Shown in pieces: positions 1-10,908 of a stretch of 64,000 bases of DNA. Location of the stretch: IMG/VR virus record IMGVR_UViG_3300029267_002644. One strand, 5' to 3'. The translations under genes and the position numbers were made by a program. The notes beneath the pieces are model-generated. The model was not told where the DNA came from, searched no databases, and worked only from the letters and a program-made list of their open reading frames with translations. The stretch comes from an uncultured virus (IMG/VR IMGVR_UViG_3300029267_002644) (lineage: Duplodnaviria > Heunggongvirae > Uroviricota > Caudoviricetes). Numbering within the stretch: the stretch's first letter is position 1; the number at the start of each line of letters is the position of its first letter.

Positions 1-1
1 A

Positions 2-3000
2 GTAGGATTACTCACAGCTAATACTCACAGACACTCAAATGCTGAGAACTCATGGACACAAAGAACTACAACAGTTGCTAGATCGTCTGGTGCATCTTTA
101 TCACTTACTCAAGATTTAGGTCTTGGAGCTGGTGGTACAAACACAACAGGATATTGGAACAGAGTAGACAGTTATGCCAACTCTGCAGATGTCTGGTCAT
201 CAAGAACAGTATTGGGCACATCTAGATACTATATGCGAGGAATATCCCTAACAACAGATGGTGGAGTTGTGCCTGGTGGTTATAATGGTTCTGACTTAAC
301 TACTAATGAAAGATATTCTTACTCATCAAATGCGTGGACTTCAAGAGCATCAATGACTCTAGCTAAAAGAGGTTTTGGTGGTTTAACATCAACAACGGAT
401 TCTGGATTAGTAGCATGTGGAACCAACGGATCATATTTAGGACATACATCAAGATATAATGATTCAACAAATGGTTGGACAGAAAGAGCTTCTGAATCTA
501 CAGGTAATCACACTTACACTGGAGAATTTAATCTTTCTAATACAACAGGAATATTAGGTGGTTCAGTTCAAAGTTATGGAACAACAGTAAGTAGATTCAA
601 AGATTCATCTACTAATTTCGACAACCAAACAATCTCCACATATAAACATCCAAATGCAGCAGTTCCCAAAACTGATGAAAATCAATACGGTGAAAATCTA
701 GTTTACAATGGTGATATGGAATTAGATGATGACACCTGGATCGCTTTTGGATCACCAGTGCAAACGCTTCGAAATAGTACATATTCTGTTAGCGGAACTT
801 ATTGCTGGCGATTTGATTGTAATGGTTCTAATGATGGAATTCGAATGGCTGACCATAAAGCGTTTACAACTGAAACAGGAAAAACTTATAAGTTTAGTGT
901 ATATGTTCGACCTCCAATCTCAAGTGTATATATCCAAATTAACAGAGGTGGTAGTGGCGCATACGCAGCAACATTCCAAAATCTAACTATAAATGAATGG
1001 AACCTGATTGAATTTGAATATGAAGAAACAAGTGGTGGTGATAATGGTTTAGTTTATATTGTATCTGGTGGATCTGGAACATACAATTACTTTGTAGATG
1101 ATGTACAAGTTAGAGAAGTACTTGAAACCAGAGACGCAAAAGATGTTGTATTTACAGAAGATCTTACTAATACAACTGATCAAATTAAACATATAGTTGT
1201 TACATCTCTAAATCAAAAAAGAGATCCAGTAACAATGAATGGTTACTGGACTTTTAGAAATCCAATGACTCCATTTAGAGCAACCGAAGCTAGTTTTGGA
1301 TTATCTGATGACGTCGCTATTGTTGCGGGAGGGTGGATTTCCTCAGCATTCAATGATACTAGTAAATATATTGACTCTGAAAATGCATGGGTTGCGAAAA
1401 CTGATATCTTAACAGCGAGAAGTGCATTTGATGGATTTCGTTTAGATTCAAATTATGGTGTAGCTGCATGTGGTACAACAACTGGATCAAATTATACTAA
1501 TATAACTGAAAAATATAGCGACCCTGCTGGAAGTTGGTCTAGCAGAACTGGAGCAAATATTTCCAGAATATACTGTAGATCATTTCAAATAACATCTGAT
1601 ACAGGTCTTATGAATTGTGGAAATAATGGAACTCAATATATTGGTAATGTTGAAAGACATTCAGACTCTGGAAATAGCTGGACAAATAGAACTCCAACAC
1701 TAGATAATGTTGTATCTCCTGGTGGTTTTGATCTAACTACTGACCTTGGAATCATTTCAGGTGGTTATAATAACAGTTCAGAATATAAAACAACTATTTG
1801 GCGACACTCCGATTCAGGAAATTCATGGACTAATAGAACATCGATGTTGAATGGTAAAAGACAACATCAATGTTTTAATCTTTCATCAACAACTGGATTG
1901 ATGGCGGGTGGTTATAATAGCTCAACAATGTATTTTTCAGAGTTGTATGATGATTCAGCAAACTCAGTTTCTACAAGAACAGATTTATCCGATCCTACAA
2001 GACATGGACAAGGAATCAATATTAGTTCTACATTTGGTCTTGTAACTGGAGGATATTCAGGTCCTGCTGGTTCTAACATTAATGGAAATACACAGCGTTA
2101 TGTTAATTCAGAAGTCGCTTCTATATCTGCTCCAACTGTTGATATTTCTCTATCTGGAAATGATGATGAATCTCAAGAGTTTGATTTGAAAGATCAACCC
2201 CTTGATACTTTAATTGATTTGACAGGATTTACTACCCCTGGTGGATGGACTTTAAGGAGCTCATTTTCAACCCCAAGATATGTTGGTGCGGGTTTTGAAT
2301 TATCTACAGATTTGGGTGTAGCTGCTGGAGGTTATGACACTAGTTTAGGACAAGTAGTCGATCGATATTCAGATTCACAAAATGCTTGGTATCCTAGAAC
2401 TAATACGACTATTGTTAAAGCTTATACGGCTGGATTCGGGTTGACAACAAACCTTGCAATCGTTGCAGGTGGTTGGAATGCATCCCCATTAACTAATACA
2501 GAAAGATATAACGATACCGGAAACTCATGGGCTTCAAGAACTGGGTTAACTATTCCAAGAGGATATAATGCTGGATTCAAACTAACAACAGATCTTGGAA
2601 TTACAGCAGGTGGGTATAATGGTAATTCTCCAACATATCTAAACACTGTAGAACGTTATTCAGATTCTGGAAATACTTGGTCTTCAAGAACTGCATTGAG
2701 CAATAATACAGTCTCTCCTGCAGCATTTAAACTAACTGAAAACTTAGGAATGATAAGCACTGGTAGAACTGAAGGTACATGGGAATCTAAAAATGAGTTA
2801 TACTCTGATTCAGGAAACTCATGGACAAACCGTGCAACAAATGCTGGCATAAAGAATCTGCATAGTGGATTTAATATTGATTCAGATAATGGATTAACAT
2901 GTGGTGGAAAGAACGGAGCATCTGGAGACGGTGGAATACAACAAGCTGATCAGTATACCAACTCTACCGATCTATGGACTTCTAAAGAATATCCTCTATT

Positions 3001-5842
3001 TACAGGGACGGGTATGTTTGCGTCAGCATTAACTGCTGGAAATGGTGTTGTATCTGGAGGATCTCAAAGTAATGCTTGTCAAACATATAACAGTGAAACA
3101 ACACGACCTGTAGTAGAACCAGCTGGTATTTGGACATTGCGAGCAAACGAGTTAGACAATGTAGCTTGGTCTACTGGCGCAGCAATCAACACAGATAAAG
3201 GATTGAGAGTTGGAGGACACAACGGAGCTTATACCAATCATACTACTAAATATACAAACTCTAGTGATGGATGGACACAACGAACAGGTTTAACCACAAC
3301 TCTATATGGCACAGTACCATTTTCAATATTAAGTCAGCAAGTAATTTCCGCCAGTGGTAGAAATTCTACAGGTTACACCGCATTAACGTATCGATTTGTT
3401 GAAGGTGATAACTCATGGACTTCTAGAACAAGTATGAGTAATGATCGAACATTTGCTGGAGGATTTGGTTTATCTACCAATCAAGGTATTGTTTCTACAG
3501 GTGAAGGTGGTGGAGTTAGTACAGAACGATTTACAGAATCAAGTAACAGTTGGGCGTCAAGAACTGATATCCCAGAAGGTACACAAAATCCTGTTGGGTT
3601 TGGTTTGAATTCAGATAAAGGTATGATTCATAGCGGATATCTGAGTGGAGGTGGTGTTATATCATCAGCATTCGTTTACTCCGATAGCGATAATAGCTGG
3701 GAAAATAAAGCTAATTCAGCCACTCCAAGATATAGTGCTTCAGGATTTTCACTATCTGGAGAAAGAGGTATATCAGGTCCAGGTAGAGGTTCTTCTGGAA
3801 CAGAACCTCGTAATGTAGTAGAACGATTTGATAACACAACAGGATTATGGTCTAATAGAACGACTCCTGATATATTCACTTTTGGTTATGGTTCTAGTGA
3901 ATTTAATTCTGGACAACAAGGAGTTTTATCTGCGGGTTATTATGCTGATACTTCTTCTTCAGATTCAGCACAACGTTATACAGACGGCGCTATTGCTTCT
4001 ATTGTAGACCCTGCAGGTTACTGGACATATCGAACAGACATTGGAAGAAGACGATATGCAACAACAAGTTTTGAACTAACTTCAAATCTTGGTGTTACAT
4101 GTGCAGGTAATAATGGATCTGGAGCTCAAGGCGTTGTTGATAGATATAACGACACTGATAATACTTGGGAATCTAGAACTGATCTAAATACATCACGTCA
4201 GGATCTGGCTGGCTGGAATATGGATTCAGATCAAGGGATTGCTGCTGCTGGAGCTTCAGGTGGCTACAGCGGTGCGACTGAAAGATATTCAAACTCCGCA
4301 GACTCTTGGACAAATAGAACAAGTGCATCTTTTGCTGCAAGTTTGTCAACTGGTGCAAAACTCACATCTGATCTTGGAATCAAAGCAGGCGGAACAAATG
4401 GAACAACACGAGATATAGTTGAGAGATTTTCTGATGCAGGAAATGCTTGGACTAGTAGAACTGCATTAAACGAAACTAAGGAAGGTCCATCAGGAATTGG
4501 TCTCACAACCGACGTTTCTATTGTTGCAGCAGGACACAATGGAACAAGTTGGTCAGTACTTACAGATAGATATTCTGATACTGGAAATACATGGACTGCA
4601 GTTGCAACTAAACCAGCCTCATCTCAAAACTGTGACGCTTTCAAAATTAGTGATAACTTAGCAATTACAGCAGGGGGAAAAAATAGTGTAAGACTTTCCG
4701 CTTCTGATAAATTCCATAATTCTGAAAATACATGGTCAGTAAGATCACCAATGAATCATGAAAGAAGTAGAGTGGGTGAATTCTCTACAGGTTCATCTCA
4801 AGGTATATGTTGTGGTGGACGTGATGAACCTGGAGTCTATGTAGGAACCACTGAAAGATTCACAGATACATATACATCTGAAGCAGTATCTCCTGAATAC
4901 AAGTTAAGATTGAAGTTTAATTTGTATAGAAATATTCAAGGTGATAGTTGGACTAATAGAACTAGTCCTATAGATGCTAGATATGCTGGCGAAGCTGCTG
5001 AGATAACCTCTGGCTCTGGAATGATATCTGGAGGACACAACGGTAGTGGACTTTCTTCATCTGAAAAATATAACGATAATAATAATAATTGGACTTCTAG
5101 ATCATCAATGTTATCAACACGATGGAATTTTATTGCATTTCCATTAAATACAGATCAAAGTATTGTTGGTGGAGGAAGTTCTGGATTTCAAACTGGAGTT
5201 GAAAAATTCTCAGATGCATCAGATCAATGGATTAGCAGAACTGCTCTATCGTATGGAATTGTTGCATGTTCATCATTTAGTTTAAACTATGATACAGGTA
5301 TTTCAGCAGGTGGTAGAAACAGTAGCGGAACGATTGGAAATACAATACGATATAATGATTCAAGTAATGGTTGGACAAGTAGAGGTAGTTTAAATACAAA
5401 TAGATATGATGCTAGAGGTTTTTCAACGACATCTGATCATGGAGTAGTAACTGGTGGATATTTAAGTTCTCATCTAGATACAGTTGAGAGATTTTCTGAA
5501 AGTAATAACTCTTGGGGTTATAGATCAAATTATCCAAGTGTTATCAGTGTCTATGGAACGTTTGAATTATCTGGTGAAACTGGGTTAGTTGTTTGTGGTA
5601 TCAGAACTTCTGGAACTAATACAGAAGTATCAACTACTACACAATTTTATGATACAGGAAACGTATGGATCACAAGATTTGATGTTCAAACAAGAACACA
5701 AAGTTCACCGTGTTTTTCTCTTACTAATGATCAAGGAATTAAACCAGGCGGCTTTCAAAACACCACTGTGATGGGCACAAATGAACGTTATACTGGTGGT
5801 GAATGCGCATTCTCAGGCTTCGCAGTTCAAACATTAAAATAA
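2..5842 (+). CDS. Giant Kelch-like multi-beta-propeller protein 1 (5'-truncated; 6 propellers, the first partial, plus a CBM4_9-like insert); probable virion appendage/receptor-binding protein
   Basis: Frame is open from base 2 (VGLLTANTHRHSNAENSWTQR...), so the TTG at 212 is not the true start. About 48-aa repeats GG-x(8-12)-ERY-x-D-x2-N-x-W-x2-R. NLVYNGDME...VDDVQVRE jelly-roll at about 692-1117. Confidence 0.8.
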   Translation, partial: VGLLTANTHRHSNAENSWTQRTTTVARSSGASLSLTQDLGLGAGGTNTTGYWNRVDSYANSADVWSSRTVLGTSRYYMRGISLTTDGGVVPGGYNGSDLTTNERYSYSSNAWTSRASMTLAKRGFGGLTSTTDSGLVACGTNGSYLGHTSRYNDSTNGWTERASESTGNHTYTGEFNLSNTTGILGGSVQSYGTTVSRFKDSSTNFDNQTISTYKHPNAAVPKTDENQYGENLVYNGDMELDDDTWIAFGSPVQTLRNSTYSVSGTYCWRFDCNGSNDGIRMADHKAFTTETGKTYKFSVYVRPPISSVYIQINRGGSGAYAATFQNLTINEWNLIEFEYEETSGGDNGLVYIVSGGSGTYNYFVDDVQVREVLETRDAKDVVFTEDLTNTTDQIKHIVVTSLNQKRDPVTMNGYWTFRNPMTPFRATEASFGLSDDVAIVAGGWISSAFNDTSKYIDSENAWVAKTDILTARSAFDGFRLDSNYGVAACGTTTGSNYTNITEKYSDPAGSWSSRTGANISRIYCRSFQITSDTGLMNCGNNGTQYIGNVERHSDSGNSWTNRTPTLDNVVSPGGFDLTTDLGIISGGYNNSSEYKTTIWRHSDSGNSWTNRTSMLNGKRQHQCFNLSSTTGLMAGGYNSSTMYFSELYDDSANSVSTRTDLSDPTRHGQGINISSTFGLVTGGYSGPAGSNINGNTQRYVNSEVASISAPTVDISLSGNDDESQEFDLKDQPLDTLIDLTGFTTPGGWTLRSSFSTPRYVGAGFELSTDLGVAAGGYDTSLGQVVDRYSDSQNAWYPRTNTTIVKAYTAGFGLTTNLAIVAGGWNASPLTNTERYNDTGNSWASRTGLTIPRGYNAGFKLTTDLGITAGGYNGNSPTYLNTVERYSDSGNTWSSRTALSNNTVSPAAFKLTENLGMISTGRTEGTWESKNELYSDSGNSWTNRATNAGIKNLHSGFNIDSDNGLTCGGKNGASGDGGIQQADQYTNSTDLWTSKEYPLFTGTGMFASALTAGNGVVSGGSQSNACQTYNSETTRPVVEPAGIWTLRANELDNVAWSTGAAINTDKGLRVGGHNGAYTNHTTKYTNSSDGWTQRTGLTTTLYGTVPFSILSQQVISASGRNSTGYTALTYRFVEGDNSWTSRTSMSNDRTFAGGFGLSTNQGIVSTGEGGGVSTERFTESSNSWASRTDIPEGTQNPVGFGLNSDKGMIHSGYLSGGGVISSAFVYSDSDNSWENKANSATPRYSASGFSLSGERGISGPGRGSSGTEPRNVVERFDNTTGLWSNRTTPDIFTFGYGSSEFNSGQQGVLSAGYYADTSSSDSAQRYTDGAIASIVDPAGYWTYRTDIGRRRYATTSFELTSNLGVTCAGNNGSGAQGVVDRYNDTDNTWESRTDLNTSRQDLAGWNMDSDQGIAAAGASGGYSGATERYSNSADSWTNRTSASFAASLSTGAKLTSDLGIKAGGTNGTTRDIVERFSDAGNAWTSRTALNETKEGPSGIGLTTDVSIVAAGHNGTSWSVLTDRYSDTGNTWTAVATKPASSQNCDAFKISDNLAITAGGKNSVRLSASDKFHNSENTWSVRSPMNHERSRVGEFSTGSSQGICCGGRDEPGVYVGTTERFTDTYTSEAVSPEYKLRLKFNLYRNIQGDSWTNRTSPIDARYAGEAAEITSGSGMISGGHNGSGLSSSEKYNDNNNNWTSRSSMLSTRWNFIAFPLNTDQSIVGGGSSGFQTGVEKFSDASDQWISRTALSYGIVACSSFSLNYDTGISAGGRNSSGTIGNTIRYNDSSNGWTSRGSLNTNRYDARGFSTTSDHGVVTGGYLSSHLDTVERFSESNNSWGYRSNYPSVISVYGTFELSGETGLVVCGIRTSGTNTEVSTTTQFYDTGNVWITRFDVQTRTQSSPCFSLTNDQGIKPGGFQNTTVMGTNERYTGGECAFSGFAVQTLK

Positions 5843-5863
5843 CATAAGAGGAGTTAATCTCAC

Positions 5864-8800
5864 ATGGATTTCTATGGATTAAATTTACAAACTGATATTA
5901 AGAAAAAAGATTACGAACTTCTCGGACCATGGTTTGGAGGTTCAAATAAATCTTATATCAAGAGTCTATTAGGAAGAAGAGAACAGTACGATCAGAAATA
6001 TGTGAGAACAGACTCTAATGTTGTCGGGGATGTTTTGATTCAAACTGATAGAGAGTTTCCTGGAGCAAATGCTTATGAAGGAAGAATCGATGGGTTTAGT
6101 TTGAATGGTTTGATTGACGGTGGAAATTATTGGGTAAATAGAACATGTCTTAGTTATCCAAAATTTGGTCAAGACGGCGCAGCTTTTACTTCAGATCTTG
6201 GATGGTCACAAGGAGGATATAATGGGTCATATCCAACAGATACTGAAGCTTATACTAATTCAACAAATAGCTGGAGAGGTTTAGCAAATTGTAGACCGAG
6301 ACATGCTGGGAATTGTGCTTCAATAGATTCCGATCATGGACTAGCAGCAGCGGGACATAATGGTTCATACGTTCCAAATACTGATAGAATATCATATTCA
6401 GAAAATTCTTGGACAGCTCGATCTAACGTCAATCGTGTATATTCTGATTTTGCGTGCGCGGAATTAACTCAAGATTTGTCCTTAAAATCATGTGGAGGAA
6501 ATGCATCAAACGCTCGAGCAGACGATGCTGAAAGATATTCTAATTCAGCAAATACATGGACTAATGTAACTTCTGCATCTCTACCACATGGTCAAGCATC
6601 ACCATATTCTTGCTCTTTTAATACAGAATTAATCTTACAATTTGGTGGTGAAAATGACAGCGGTTGGGCGAATGATGTCACTATGTATAATAATTCCTCT
6701 GATTCATGGACGGTTAAAACAAGTTTTGACTTCAGTTCCCAATCCCATCAGGGGTTTGCTCAAACATCTAATACAATAATTCACGCGGGAAACGCTCATA
6801 TTGAACATGGAAAAAGAACTTCAAGATATAACCTGTCTTCTAATACTTGGATTGGTAGGACGAATATCCATGACGAAAGATTTTTTAATAGTACTACATT
6901 CGCCTTAAATTCTTCTCAGGGAGTTCTTGCTGGCTCGCATGGTGCTAGTACACAAACAGATCTTGTCAAGAGATTCAAAGATACAGTAGCCAATTCATTC
7001 TCAAATGGAGAAACCTTAGAAACATATCAACATCCAAATAACGCAGTTCCTTTTGACGTTGATTCTGACAAACATATCATATTCACAAATGATGTTGTAA
7101 GTACAACTGACGAGATTAAGGGTATAGTTGTATCTGCGTTATTTAACCAAAAGAAAGCAGATATAATCACAAGCGGATATTGGACACAAAGAAATCCTTG
7201 TATCCCTGAAAAAGTTGGACCAGCTGGATTTGCTCTCACAAGTGATTCTAGTATTATTGCTGGAGGTCGTGATTCTAGTCTTAGTCGTATTACAACAACT
7301 AGTAAATTCTCTGAGAGTCAAAATTCTTGGATTGATCGAGCTTCTTTTTCTCTTGCTAGATCACATTTTAGAGGAATGGAATTGACTTCAGATTTAGGAA
7401 TTATTACTGGTGGTAATAACGGAACTTCTCCTTACTATGTGAATAATAATGACAGATATACTAGTTCTTCAAATAACTGGACAGCAAGAACAGTTTATCC
7501 AAGTGTAATTCAAACACCTTGTCAATTTAATCTGACAACAGATCTTGGAGTTCTATCTGGAGGTATCAATGGAGTCGGATATGTTGCTTCAGATAGGACA
7601 GATAGATTTTCGGAATCCGGAAATAGTTGGACGAGTCTATCTACTCCTGCCTTAGAAATAGGTTATAATGAAGGGTTTAAGTTAACTTCAGATGGTGGAA
7701 TCAATTGCGGTGGTTATCGTGAAAGTCCATCAACTGTAAAAACTGATCAATCTGAAAGATTTTCAAATTCAGCAAATTCGTGGACAGCCACATCTAATAT
7801 ACCACTTGCAACGTACGGACATTATGGATTTGAACTAACATCAAATCATGGTATGGTTGGTGGTGGTTGGAGCTCAAGTAATAGATATGAATACGAATCA
7901 TGGAAATTAAGTGCAGCAGAGAATGTTTATAACTCAAGAGCAAAGACAATAACAAATAATTCATTTATTTCTGCAGGAGTTGGTTTATCATCTTCAACTG
8001 GATATTTCACATCAGGTGAAGGTTCTGGTGGTAACTATAACACAACCACAGAGAGATACACGGATTCAGAACCTGTGTCAATCGTAGCTCCAACATTTGA
8101 TTTGACCTTCACAGGAAACGACGATGAAAGTCAACCATTTGAGTTGCAAGACCAGGCGCTTGATACATTAATAAGAACTGAAAATTATGAAGCTGGCGGA
8201 TGGACAAGTCGAACTGATTTGAACACGATTCGTGCGGGTCTTATGGGATTTCAACTAACAACAGATCTCGGTATCACATCTGGTGGAACTAATGCAACTA
8301 CATTAGGAACAACAGAGAGATATTCTGATACAGGTAATAGTTGGACTGGAAGAACTGCTTTAAACAATGCTAGATCTATTGGTGCATCATTTTCTTTGAC
8401 TTCTGATTTAGGAATAATAGCATTTGGTTGGAATGGCTCATATACATCTCTTACAGAAAGATATTCTGATACAGGTAATAGTTGGACGAATAGAACTAGT
8501 GGAGCAGTTGTAAGAAGTCACGGTCCTGCAGGAATTGGTCTCACAACAAATTCTGGTGTTGTGGCAGGCGGTCATAATGCGAGTAGATTAAAAGTTACAG
8601 AAAAATATTCTGATTCTGAAAATACTTGGACTACTAAAGATTATATGACTGAAGAAAGAAATAGTCTAGCAGGATTTTCTCTTGCAACAGGTGAAGGTAT
8701 AGCTTCGGGTGGTCATAATGGTACTACGTATCTTGGGTTCTCTGAAAAGTATTCTGATGCGGGTGATGGTTGGTCTATGAGAGCTGAGATGGGAACAGTT

Positions 8801-10888
8801 AGACGTCAACACGCAGGATTCAACCTCACATCAGATACAGGATTGATAGCAGGTGGGCGAGATATCCAAACAACAGTAGGAGTCGTAGAAAAATACTCTG
8901 ATTCTAATAATCAATGGACAACCCGACCAACTGGTATAGCAAAAAATAGTTATGCTGGTTTCTCATTATCATCAAATCAAGGAATAACAGCGGGTGGTCA
9001 GGATAATGTAACGGTTTTAGGCTCAACTGAAAGATATAAAGATACTACACAAGCTGCTTTACCATCTGCTGGAATTTGGACAATACGTTCGTCATTTGTA
9101 GAACCAAGATATAATTCAGCTGGTTTTCAGTTAGATTCTGGACAAGGGTTATATGCAGGAGGAGTCAATACTACAACGTATGTCAATTTTGCAGATAGAT
9201 ATGATAATGATGTAGACACATGGACTAGCAGAACAGGTTTGAATTCTACAAGACGTGGATTAGCAGGGTTTTCACTAACTACTGGACAAGGTATTACTAC
9301 AGGAGGTCATAATGGTTCTGGGAAACTAGGCGACACCGAAAGATTTGATGACACTGGAAATTCATGGACAAACAGAACTTCATTAAGTCCAGTTAGAATA
9401 TACCCTGAAGGATTTAATCTAACTACTGATTTGGGAGTTGTTGCTGGTGGTGACAACGGTCCAAATTTCTTGGACAATACTGATCGATATAGCGATTCTG
9501 GAAATAGTTGGACATCTAGAACAGCATTAAATACAGCTCGAAACTATTTTTGTGCGTTTCCTCTTACTTCTGATTTAGGAATGGTTGGAGGCGGATACGA
9601 TAACACTAGACTCAGCTCAACAGAAAGATATTCTAATGCATCAAACGCATGGTCATTTAGAATTAGATTAAAAGTAGGAAGATCATTAATATCATGTGTG
9701 TCATTATCAAATGATTCTGGTATATTTTATGGTGGATATAATGGAAATGACTACTTAAAAACAACTGAATATTACTCAGATTCGAAAAACACAATGATTA
9801 GCAAACAATCTCCGAGCATATTCCGAAGAACATCAAAAGGATTTTCATTAACTACAAATCAAGGAATGTTAGCTGGAGGAGCAAATAGTTCTTATCCAAA
9901 TGGTTTAAACATGTCAGAAAGATATGATGATGTAGCTGTAGGAGATATTCAACCATATAAAAATCTAAGATTGAAGTTTAATCTACCGAGAGATATACAA
10001 GGGGATTCGTGGTCATTAAGAACAGAAAATGCAGCAGGTCGTGGATGGCCAAATGGAGCATCGTTGGATACAACAAAGGGTGTACTTTTTGGCGGTTGGA
10101 ATGGATCTATTTTAACTAAAACAGAAGTATTTGACGACTCATTAAATGTATATATCAATAAATCAACAATGCCTTCTGGAATCAGAGAAACTGGTGGTGC
10201 AAAAGTAGACGCGGATAATGTAATGTGGTCATCTGGAAATACTGGAAGCGGAAGATCTACAGCATCAGCAAGATTTTCATATTCTTCAAACCTTTGGGTA
10301 AATCGAGCCCAGATGAATCAATTACGTGATGGAAATCAATGTTTTGAATTAACAAGTGATTACTGGTTGTCTGGTTCCGGTGATAACGGTTCTATGCAAC
10401 TACCTGAAAGATATCAAAACTCATCTGATTCTTGGTCAAGCAGAACAGCAATGAACACACCTCAAAGAGGTAATGCGATGTTTACTATTAGCTCTGATGG
10501 CGGTGTTAGTGGAGCAGGTGTAGAAGGATCTAGAAACGATACTGAAAGATATTCGAATTCGTCTAATGCCTGGACTGTAAGGTCAGATACTCCGTTTGTT
10601 ACATATGGACCAGGAAGTTTTTCATTGGGCGGCAGTAACCAAGGAATGTCCGCAGCAGGATACAATGGTTATGCAATTCCAAGCGCAATTAAGTTTAATG
10701 ATACGGGAAATATATGGGTTTCAAAGAGTGATGTAATTCTGTCTGTATGGTATCCAGGTCATTGGGCAAACGGACAACACAACGGAATCGTATCTTGCGG
10801 AAACAATTCAAGTTATGTTGGAAATACTCAAAAATATACAGACGGTGAAACATCATTTACAGGTTTCGCAATTCAACTTTTAAAATAA
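5864..10888 (+). CDS. Giant Kelch-like multi-beta-propeller protein 2 (5 propellers)
   Basis: SD gaggag upstream; same blade repeat and the same scaffold motifs as the paralogs at 2 and 17413. Confidence 0.8.
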   Translation: MDFYGLNLQTDIKKKDYELLGPWFGGSNKSYIKSLLGRREQYDQKYVRTDSNVVGDVLIQTDREFPGANAYEGRIDGFSLNGLIDGGNYWVNRTCLSYPKFGQDGAAFTSDLGWSQGGYNGSYPTDTEAYTNSTNSWRGLANCRPRHAGNCASIDSDHGLAAAGHNGSYVPNTDRISYSENSWTARSNVNRVYSDFACAELTQDLSLKSCGGNASNARADDAERYSNSANTWTNVTSASLPHGQASPYSCSFNTELILQFGGENDSGWANDVTMYNNSSDSWTVKTSFDFSSQSHQGFAQTSNTIIHAGNAHIEHGKRTSRYNLSSNTWIGRTNIHDERFFNSTTFALNSSQGVLAGSHGASTQTDLVKRFKDTVANSFSNGETLETYQHPNNAVPFDVDSDKHIIFTNDVVSTTDEIKGIVVSALFNQKKADIITSGYWTQRNPCIPEKVGPAGFALTSDSSIIAGGRDSSLSRITTTSKFSESQNSWIDRASFSLARSHFRGMELTSDLGIITGGNNGTSPYYVNNNDRYTSSSNNWTARTVYPSVIQTPCQFNLTTDLGVLSGGINGVGYVASDRTDRFSESGNSWTSLSTPALEIGYNEGFKLTSDGGINCGGYRESPSTVKTDQSERFSNSANSWTATSNIPLATYGHYGFELTSNHGMVGGGWSSSNRYEYESWKLSAAENVYNSRAKTITNNSFISAGVGLSSSTGYFTSGEGSGGNYNTTTERYTDSEPVSIVAPTFDLTFTGNDDESQPFELQDQALDTLIRTENYEAGGWTSRTDLNTIRAGLMGFQLTTDLGITSGGTNATTLGTTERYSDTGNSWTGRTALNNARSIGASFSLTSDLGIIAFGWNGSYTSLTERYSDTGNSWTNRTSGAVVRSHGPAGIGLTTNSGVVAGGHNASRLKVTEKYSDSENTWTTKDYMTEERNSLAGFSLATGEGIASGGHNGTTYLGFSEKYSDAGDGWSMRAEMGTVRRQHAGFNLTSDTGLIAGGRDIQTTVGVVEKYSDSNNQWTTRPTGIAKNSYAGFSLSSNQGITAGGQDNVTVLGSTERYKDTTQAALPSAGIWTIRSSFVEPRYNSAGFQLDSGQGLYAGGVNTTTYVNFADRYDNDVDTWTSRTGLNSTRRGLAGFSLTTGQGITTGGHNGSGKLGDTERFDDTGNSWTNRTSLSPVRIYPEGFNLTTDLGVVAGGDNGPNFLDNTDRYSDSGNSWTSRTALNTARNYFCAFPLTSDLGMVGGGYDNTRLSSTERYSNASNAWSFRIRLKVGRSLISCVSLSNDSGIFYGGYNGNDYLKTTEYYSDSKNTMISKQSPSIFRRTSKGFSLTTNQGMLAGGANSSYPNGLNMSERYDDVAVGDIQPYKNLRLKFNLPRDIQGDSWSLRTENAAGRGWPNGASLDTTKGVLFGGWNGSILTKTEVFDDSLNVYINKSTMPSGIRETGGAKVDADNVMWSSGNTGSGRSTASARFSYSSNLWVNRAQMNQLRDGNQCFELTSDYWLSGSGDNGSMQLPERYQNSSDSWSSRTAMNTPQRGNAMFTISSDGGVSGAGVEGSRNDTERYSNSSNAWTVRSDTPFVTYGPGSFSLGGSNQGMSAAGYNGYAIPSAIKFNDTGNIWVSKSDVILSVWYPGHWANGQHNGIVSCGNNSSYVGNTQKYTDGETSFTGFAIQLLK

Positions 10889-10908
10889 GCTCTAGGAGGG
10901 TTTAACGA

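Noticed and set aside
212..214. TTG at 212 as the start of the first giant gene
   Set aside because: The frame is open from base 2 and continues the blade repeat, so the real start is upstream of the window.
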